DNA from: an uncultured Ruminococcus sp.
Lineage (GTDB): Bacteria; Bacillota; Clostridia; Oscillospirales; CAG-272
Direction: 5' to 3'
DNA length: 45,923 nt
Assembly: GCA_902778205.1 (NCBI GenBank)
Contig: CACYWX010000001.1
Location: 1-45,923, forward strand
In this document: positions 36,405-42,903 of the stretch, piece after piece
Layout of the letters: each line of letters begins with the position of its first letter
How positions within the stretch are numbered: position 1 is the stretch's first letter
Position numbers and translations under genes: made by a program
Notes under the pieces: model-generated
Database searches by the model: none
The model's input: only the letters and a program-made list of their open reading frames with translations
What the model was told of the DNA's origin: nothing

Positions 36405-37179
36405 AATATCACCGTGCCGCGCGGCTTCGGCAGAAATCATCGGACGCGGACGCCGCGGAATTATCCGGTCCAGATATGGAAGCAATGGCTCCGCCTTTGC
36501 AGATTTTATGCCCCTGCGCAGGGCGGGCGGTGGGAGGGACCCAGCTCAAGCCGCAGGGTTTGCTTGCAAACCCACCCCTCCCACGGGTCCCTTGGCTATA
36601 TAGTATCTCAAACAGCCTGCCTCTGAATCCAACCTTGAACGCACATCCCACGCTTCGCGGCGAAACATGAAGCCATCGATGGCGCGGGCCCGATTTTGAA
36701 GCTGAATGATTTCGACATCAAAACGCGCGTCCATTTACACGGCCGCGATGTGGAGAAGATGAAACAGGGGGCCTCAGCCTCGCGGGTTTATGTCTGTCCT
36801 TGAACAGAACAGCGAAACGTAAAATCCGCCCCCTGTCCAATGCGCGTTTCGATCGCTGTTTTCGAGGCTCCAGCGCGACTGCGTCGGCGCAGGAAACCGT
36901 GGAACTTGTTCCACGCATGTTTCAGCTGACTCCACCAGTCCGCGCGGGGACACGGGTTGCACAATCAGTCTTGTATACAGGTGTGAGCGGTCAGGATTAT
37001 GCTCCCCGGCCAAGGTGGACCCGCACGAGGGACACCACTTTCACTTCGTGAAAGTAGTCGGCCATGAGCTGGTGTCCACGATCGAAGATCGTAGCTCGTG
37101 CCGCCTGGCCTGCGCAAGGCCATTTAATTGGAAACGCGCAGCGTTTTCTTCCTCAAATAAGTGCGGGTTTAAGGGATAC
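36405..37179. other. 775-nt ORF-free, lower-GC, stem-rich spacer between two co-directional genes
   Basis: No credible ORF in any frame. Many stems are present, for example 36530-36538/36576-36584, 36553-36570, 36764-36772/36828-36836 (9 bp perfect), 36893-36923, and 37030-37036/37071-37077 enclosing 37037-37055. Confidence 0.6.
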
Positions 37180-37196
37180 TCACTTAAGTATCCTTT
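37171..37196 (-). terminator. Hairpin overlapping the stop codon of the 37180 gene; it shares sequence with the termini of the 11365-11580 element
   Basis: The stem is aagggatac / gtatcc(t)tt with an 8-nt loop, and the TGA stop (37180-37182) sits in the loop. The T tract is weak. Confidence 0.4.
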
Positions 37197-39264
37197 CCAT
37201 CTCCACAACAACCGCGTCCCGCGGGGGAACGGTCAGCTCCTCTCCGGAGGCCGTGGACACGGGGGCGGGCTCGTCGGTGTGGTTGACGTAGAGGACGATC
37301 CTTTTGCCGTCCGCTTCCCAGGCGGATCCGAACACCGCCGGGAATTCCTCGGGAACGCCGTTCACCGGGAAGGTCACGGTCCCGCAGGAGAAGGCCGGGC
37401 ACTTGATCATCCGGCCCCGGTGGAGGAACGGCTTCGCTTTCTCATAGGTCCGGCGCATGTTGGCGGCAAAATCCATGGTTTTATCGAAATCGGGGATATG
37501 GGTGAAGTCGTGGCGGCCCCAGTTGGCCATGAGCTTTCCCTCCGGCGTCAGCACCAGGGTCATGCTGTCCCCCGCCGCGAAGGAATACGCCATCCGCATC
37601 CGCAGGGTGTCCACGGTGTTCCCCTCCCCGTCCTCCGCGTCCAGGGGGCAGGACACCTGATTGCCCATGAAGTTCCGCAGATACTCGTGGTAGAGATAGG
37701 AGAACAGGGGGACCGGCCTGCCGATGTGCCAGTTCAGCTCGAAGCGGTTGTCGCTGAACTGCAGATTGCCGATATAGGGCTCCGCCGACGCCGATTCGCA
37801 TCCGAACAGCATCCCGGGCGCCTCCCGGTTCCAGGAGTCCAGCAGGTCCCGCATGGTCTCCGTGGCCCAGGGACCGGGCGTGAAGGGGTGTCCGTGCTTC
37901 CGGCTGTAGCAGAAATACTGGCTCCCGCCGTGGTTCTGATCCAGGATCTGGGCGTAGTCGGCCCCGGAGCGGAACAGGGGACCGTAGGCCTCCGCGAGAA
38001 TCTCCCGCCCCTTCTCCGACTTCACGCAGAGGTCGTACCCGCTCCGCTGTCCGGTGCAGATCCTGCTGTGGAGCACCTCCCCGTCCGGACCGGCGCAAAA
38101 GGCCTCCTTGTATCCGCGCTCCGCGATCAGCGCCTCGTTGTTGTACTCTTCGATCAGATTGCTCTGCTCCGTGAAGCCGAAGCCCGAGCAGTAAACGCCC
38201 AGAAGATCCCCCCGACGGTGCAGCGCGTCCCGGAATTCCCGGAAGCACTCCTCCCCACCGTAGGGCGGCCACACATACGGCGGAGCCCACGGCGCGGTCC
38301 CCTCCCAGTGCATCAGCGCCGCCAGGATCCGCCAGCCCGTGCGGGAGGCGATCTCGTCGATCATGGGCAGGGCGTTGACGTAGGGGAACAGGGCGTTGGG
38401 CTTCATCTCGTCCATGTCGTGGATGCCCCGGACGGGATAGGTGACCACCAGGGGGGAGTCGGCGTACCATTCGGGCAGGGCGGGATTCTCCGCGGTCTTT
38501 TTCACGTTGTCCGGCAGATGGGTCTCGAACCACCGCCGGTAGATCTCCGCGCCATCCTCCCAGCCTCCCCGGAACAGACGCCACACCACCGGGTAGTCCG
38601 GCGCGAAGTCCTCCCCGGGATCCGTTCCCGCATAGAGGCGGATCACCGCGGCCGGGCCTCCGTTCTCACGCCGCACGTCGAACATCTTCGGTCCCCGGCT
38701 CTCGTCGTGAGCACCCATGTAGAGCCCGCCCTCCCCTGTCAGATAGCAGAGGAACTGGGAGGAGAGCATGTGGGGGAACATGGCGTAGGCGCCGAGGGAG
38801 GGATATTCCGGATCCCGGAAGGGGAACCAGGACCGCTCCCTCCGGTCCAGATCGTCGATCAGCGCGCCCTCGTTCCAGGAGGTCAGGATCTCCCCGTCCC
38901 CGCCGTTTTTCCGGAGCGGCTTCAGGCAGACTATGGGGAAATCGATCCATTCCACCGCCATGGTCCCGCCGTTCTCGATCCGGACGGTCCAGAAGAGGGC
39001 ATCGTCCTCCGCGCGCACTCCCACATGGACGCGGACGCCGCCGGGTAAGCCCTCCCAGATGAGCCGGCCCTCCCCCTCCTCCCGGGCGGACACAGCGTCG
39101 GCGGCAGAGAAGCGGAGGATCGATCCGTCCTCTCCCCGGAGCTGAACGGAAAACAGGGGGCAGGGGCGTTCGACAAGCTCGGCTCCGTCCAGCAGAACGG
39201 AGGAAACGGAGAAGGTCCCGGGCTCGAAGGTCACGGAACCCCGGGAAAAGGCAAAGCTCGGCAT
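37180..39264 (-). CDS. Conserved hypothetical, glycoside-hydrolase-like protein (resembles proteins I recall annotated as DUF6259)
   Basis: ATG at 39264 (MPSFAFSRGS) follows AAGGAG. It is 694 aa with no signal peptide. Blocks include LDQNHGG and FSDNRFELNWH. The family call is from memory only. Confidence 0.4.
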   Translation of the reverse strand: MPSFAFSRGSVTFEPGTFSVSSVLLDGAELVERPCPLFSVQLRGEDGSILRFSAADAVSAREEGEGRLIWEGLPGGVRVHVGVRAEDDALFWTVRIENGGTMAVEWIDFPIVCLKPLRKNGGDGEILTSWNEGALIDDLDRRERSWFPFRDPEYPSLGAYAMFPHMLSSQFLCYLTGEGGLYMGAHDESRGPKMFDVRRENGGPAAVIRLYAGTDPGEDFAPDYPVVWRLFRGGWEDGAEIYRRWFETHLPDNVKKTAENPALPEWYADSPLVVTYPVRGIHDMDEMKPNALFPYVNALPMIDEIASRTGWRILAALMHWEGTAPWAPPYVWPPYGGEECFREFRDALHRRGDLLGVYCSGFGFTEQSNLIEEYNNEALIAERGYKEAFCAGPDGEVLHSRICTGQRSGYDLCVKSEKGREILAEAYGPLFRSGADYAQILDQNHGGSQYFCYSRKHGHPFTPGPWATETMRDLLDSWNREAPGMLFGCESASAEPYIGNLQFSDNRFELNWHIGRPVPLFSYLYHEYLRNFMGNQVSCPLDAEDGEGNTVDTLRMRMAYSFAAGDSMTLVLTPEGKLMANWGRHDFTHIPDFDKTMDFAANMRRTYEKAKPFLHRGRMIKCPAFSCGTVTFPVNGVPEEFPAVFGSAWEADGKRIVLYVNHTDEPAPVSTASGEELTVPPRDAVVVEMERILK

Positions 39265-39331
39265 GGAAAAACTCCTTTTCGGGATGGTCGACGGTCCGAT
39301 CCGCCGACACATGCGCGTCTGTTTTGTGTCT

Positions 39332-39360
39332 ATTATACACCCTCCGCGCCGTTCCTGTAA
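39332..39360 (-). promoter_or_regulatory. Promoter TTACAG-N17-TATAAT for the 39264 gene
   Basis: The -10 is at 39332-39337 and the -35 at 39355-39360 (minus strand). Confidence 0.55.
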
Positions 39361-39383
39361 AGGGAAAATCCGGGAGAAGGCGC

Positions 39384-39401
39384 AAAAAACCCCGGCCGGG
39401 G
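39384..39401 (-). terminator. Short GC hairpin plus T6 after SBP-4
   Basis: The minus strand reads CCCCGGCCGGGG followed by TTTTTT. The stem is short. Confidence 0.5.
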
Positions 39402-39437
39402 CGTTCTGCCTGACCGGGGAGGGATTCCTTGGGGAGC

Positions 39438-40979
39438 TCAGCCCCCGTTGTCCGCGATGAGCTTTTCCACCATCTTGGTGATGGTCTTGTTGACGACCTT
39501 CGCCTGCTTCTGAATGTCGGAGGCGATGTCGGTGGTGTTGTTGCCGCCGTAGCTCTGGAACCGGTCGCCGTAGCCGCCGAAGTTGTAGATGGTCATGGGG
39601 TCGAAGATCCGGTTGTTGATGATGATGTCCAGCATCTCGCCGGATTCCTGGTCCCGGGCGTGCTTCGTCTTCAGGGAAGACTCGATGTACTCGGGGATCA
39701 GCGTGTAGTGGGATTCCGCCGCCAGAGCCTCCAGCACCATGCCCAGCTCATCCAGGGCGTCGCCCGCGATGGTGATCGGGATGGACATGAGGCCGGTGGT
39801 GTGCTGGGACACAAAGCTGTAGTACTTGTCCTGGCTCTCCTCGTATTTGGGCGTGGGCAGGATGCCGAAGTCCGTGTCGCCGTTTCTCATGTTGGTGACC
39901 TCGTCCAGGCGCATCCAGAAGAACATGCCGTGGCCGGTCTCGAAGAGCTGGGTGTAATAGGCGTCGTCGGTGTTGGAGATCATGTGGTGGTTCATGAACC
40001 AGGGCTGCTGCATGAGGTTCACCACCTTCAGGGCCACGTCGATGTCGCGCTCGGTGCCGAAGGTGAAGGAGAACGCGCCGGTGTCGTCCTTGGAGCAGAG
40101 CAGACCGCCGCCGCCGTGCCAGAAGGCCGTCATGACGTCGTGGCCGCCGAGGAGCCCGTAAAAGTCGTCCACGGTGATCTGGCCGTCGCCGTTTTCATCC
40201 CGGTAGACCGCCTCGGAGATGGCGGAGATCTTGTCGAGGGTCCAGGAGCCCTCCCGGACCGCGGCGTACAGATCCTCCACGCCGTTGTTCTCCGCCTCCT
40301 GCTTGCTGAAGGCCACCGCCACCGTCGCGTCCTTGTCGTTCACGTTGATGGAGGTCGCCGCCGCCAGAAGGATCCCGGCGCAGGACAGGGAGTCCGCGCA
40401 GTTGGAGTCCCACCAGGGCTTGTCAAAGTCGATGTGGGGCACCTTCAGGAGGTTCTGGAAGTAGTTCTTCTGATACATGGCGGCCGCCTCGTACAGACGG
40501 GGATACACCACGTCGTAGGTGGCGTCGCCCGCGGACACGGCCTTGGACATGGCTCCGTCGATGGCGCCGATCTGCATCCGCTCCTGGGTGATCTTCACGT
40601 TGTAATTGCCCTCGATCAGCGCGTTCCGGTTGTAGACCGCGTCGTTGATGGCCTCGCCCGTGATGCCCTCGGCGTAGATGTCCCGGAACTGGCGCACGGT
40701 GTCGGCCCAGCTGTCCAGCTCCCATACCACGAAGTAGATCTCGTCCCCGCCGAAGTCCGCGGTCTCGGGGATGTCGGGCCTGATCCGCTCCTCTTCCGCG
40801 TCGGCCTCGGCGTCCGCTTCGGGATCGGCGGCACCGGCGGCGTCGTTCTGACCGGCGGTCTGGCCCCCGGCGGCGTCCGTGTCCCCGGCGGCGTTCTCCG
40901 TGCCGGAGGAGCAGGAGGCCAGGGGGATCATGCCGAGCGCCAGCAGCAGGGCCAGCACTTTCGCAAGCGTCTTTTTCAT
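39438..40979 (-). CDS. Extracellular solute-binding lipoprotein, SBP-4
   Basis: ATG at 40979. The signal is MKKTLAKVLALLLALGMIPLASC and the family block is TDFGILPTPKYEESQDKY. Confidence 0.85.
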   Translation of the reverse strand: MKKTLAKVLALLLALGMIPLASCSSGTENAAGDTDAAGGQTAGQNDAAGAADPEADAEADAEEERIRPDIPETADFGGDEIYFVVWELDSWADTVRQFRDIYAEGITGEAINDAVYNRNALIEGNYNVKITQERMQIGAIDGAMSKAVSAGDATYDVVYPRLYEAAAMYQKNYFQNLLKVPHIDFDKPWWDSNCADSLSCAGILLAAATSINVNDKDATVAVAFSKQEAENNGVEDLYAAVREGSWTLDKISAISEAVYRDENGDGQITVDDFYGLLGGHDVMTAFWHGGGGLLCSKDDTGAFSFTFGTERDIDVALKVVNLMQQPWFMNHHMISNTDDAYYTQLFETGHGMFFWMRLDEVTNMRNGDTDFGILPTPKYEESQDKYYSFVSQHTTGLMSIPITIAGDALDELGMVLEALAAESHYTLIPEYIESSLKTKHARDQESGEMLDIIINNRIFDPMTIYNFGGYGDRFQSYGGNNTTDIASDIQKQAKVVNKTITKMVEKLIADNGG

Positions 40980-41016
40980 GGAATTATCCTTCTTTCGGCT
41001 GAATTGAATTGGTAAC

Positions 41017-41045
41017 AGTATAGCACCGGCCGGGGCGTTTGTCAA
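41017..41045 (-). promoter_or_regulatory. Promoter TTGACA-N17-TATACT for SBP-4
   Basis: The -35 is at 41040-41045 and the -10 at 41017-41022 (minus strand), with a 17-nt spacer. Confidence 0.6.
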
Positions 41046-41066
41046 GCGTCCCGCACGATCCGTCCG

Positions 41067-41849
41067 TCAGCGGGTCTCCCGATCCATGATGAAGCCGATC
41101 ATGGCGGCGATGTCCGGGAACACGCCCTCCGCGGCGGCCTTCAGCTCCGGCACGGCGTTCTCCACCGCCAGTCCGTGGAACCGGGCGATCATGGCGTAGT
41201 CGTTCATGTTGTCCCCGGCGCAGTACACGTTGTCGTAAGGCACGCCCACGGAATCCGCGTACCGCGCGACGCCCTCCCCCTTGTCGATGCCGGCCGGGGG
41301 AATGTCGATGCAGACGCCGTTCTGCAGGGCGTTGACCGTGTCTTCCCACCGGGCGTTGATCTCCTCCACGCACCGGCGGGCGTCGTCCTCCGTACCGCAC
41401 CGGGTGTTCATCTGGGAGAAGGCGGCGATCCCGTCGGGGGAATCCGCGTCGGCCCGGGCCATGGGGGCGAACCTCTCGTTTCCGTCCGGCACGTCCGCGC
41501 AAAAGGTGACCCGGTCCCGGACCAGCACGGTGTCCACGCTCTGGCCGTAGTGCTTCCAGAGATGCTCCGCGATCCAGCGCATGCAGCCGTTGTTGACCTG
41601 CCGCTCCACCCGCAGGATCTCCCCGGCCCGTTCTCCGTCCGTGGCGATGAGCATGGCGCCGTTCATGGCCAGGATGAAGTCGATGGGCAGGCCCTCCCGG
41701 GCGACGGTTTCATACATCCAGTAGTCCCGGCCGGTGACGATGCCGAAGAGATTTCCCGCGGCGCGGAACCGGGCGACGGCTTCCCGGACGGGTGCGGAAA
41801 TCCCCCCGCGGTTGAGGGTGCCGTCATAATCTGAGGCGAGAATATACAT
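41067..41849 (-). CDS. HAD-superfamily hydrolase, Cof-type (HAD-IIB) sugar phosphatase-like
   Basis: The N-terminus is MYILASDYDGTL (DxD motif). The C-terminal block is YCAGDNMNDYAM. Confidence 0.8.
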   Translation of the reverse strand: MYILASDYDGTLNRGGISAPVREAVARFRAAGNLFGIVTGRDYWMYETVAREGLPIDFILAMNGAMLIATDGERAGEILRVERQVNNGCMRWIAEHLWKHYGQSVDTVLVRDRVTFCADVPDGNERFAPMARADADSPDGIAAFSQMNTRCGTEDDARRCVEEINARWEDTVNALQNGVCIDIPPAGIDKGEGVARYADSVGVPYDNVYCAGDNMNDYAMIARFHGLAVENAVPELKAAAEGVFPDIAAMIGFIMDRETR

Positions 41850-41895
41850 AAAAATCTGTTCCTTGAATCATCAGTTTCCCTCGATCCGGACGCCC

Positions 41896-42894
41896 TTACC
41901 GGATCATCCGGACCGTGCCGTCGGAGGAGGCCAGGCGGCTGACCTCATCCTCCGCGGCCACAAGGAAGTCCCCGTGGACGGAGTGCTTCAGAGCGTTGGC
42001 GGCGGAGGCGAATTCCAGGGTCCGGGCGGAGTCCCAGCCGCGGAGGGTGCCGTGGATCAGTCCGGCGGAGAAGGCATCCCCGCCGCCGACCCGGTCCACG
42101 ATGGGCACCCGGTAGTCCCGCGAGCGGAGCATCCTCTCCCCATCCCAGAGGACCCCGGACACCGTGTTGATCTCGGAGGATTCCGACAGTCTCAGGGTCA
42201 GCGCGACTCTCCGGACGCCGTATTCCTCCGCCAGCCGCCGGGCAGCCGATTCCAGTCTTGCCTCCTGATCCCCGCCCTCGCCGGTCACGCCGAACAGCAG
42301 GGCCGCGTGCTCCTCGTTGACGATCAGGGTGTCAATACCCCGCGCCAGGGAGCGCATGACCTCCCCCGCCCGCTCAGTGGACCAGAGGGTGGGACGGTAG
42401 TTCACGTCGCAGAACACCGGGATTCCCCGGCTCCGGCAGACCGCCAGCGCGTCCCCCACGATCCCGGGCAGGGCGTCGGACAGAGCGGGGGTGATGCCGG
42501 TGAAGAAGAAGGCGTCCGCGCCCCGGAGAATCGATTCCCAGTCGTACATGCCGGGCTCCGAGCGGGCAAACGCGGAGTCCCGCCGGTCGTAGATCACCTT
42601 CGACGGACGGAGGGACGCGCCCTTTTCGAGGAAATAGATCCCCATCCGCCCGTCCCCCGTGAGGATCCGGGAGGTGTCCGCTCCCCACCGTCTCACGGCA
42701 CCGAGGCAGGCGCGCCCGATCTCGTTGTCCGGCAGGCGGGTCACGACGGAGGCCGGATCGCCGAAGCCGCAGAGGGCCAGGGCGGCGTTGGTCTCCGCTC
42801 CTCCGTACACCGCCTCGAAGGAGTCCGCCTGCAGGATCCGGTACGAGCCCGGAGGGGACAGGCGGAGCAGGATTTCACCGAAGCATACAGTCAT
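41896..42894 (-). CDS. kdgK: PfkB-family sugar kinase, 2-dehydro-3-deoxygluconokinase-like
   Basis: The N-terminus is FGEILLRLSPPGSYRILQADSFEAVYGGAETNAA. The C-terminal block is VDRVGGGDAFSAGLIHG. Confidence 0.7.
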   Translation of the reverse strand: MTVCFGEILLRLSPPGSYRILQADSFEAVYGGAETNAALALCGFGDPASVVTRLPDNEIGRACLGAVRRWGADTSRILTGDGRMGIYFLEKGASLRPSKVIYDRRDSAFARSEPGMYDWESILRGADAFFFTGITPALSDALPGIVGDALAVCRSRGIPVFCDVNYRPTLWSTERAGEVMRSLARGIDTLIVNEEHAALLFGVTGEGGDQEARLESAARRLAEEYGVRRVALTLRLSESSEINTVSGVLWDGERMLRSRDYRVPIVDRVGGGDAFSAGLIHGTLRGWDSARTLEFASAANALKHSVHGDFLVAAEDEVSRLASSDGTVRMIR

Positions 42895-42903
42895 GGCGGC
42901 TCC

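Noticed and set aside
36405-36620. A possible cobalamin riboswitch or T-box leader upstream of the URO-D-like gene.
   Set aside because: I looked on the minus strand for the B12-box (GCCACTG / CCCGC.ACTGT) and for the T-box core, and found neither. The GC-rich stems there do not match those consensus architectures.
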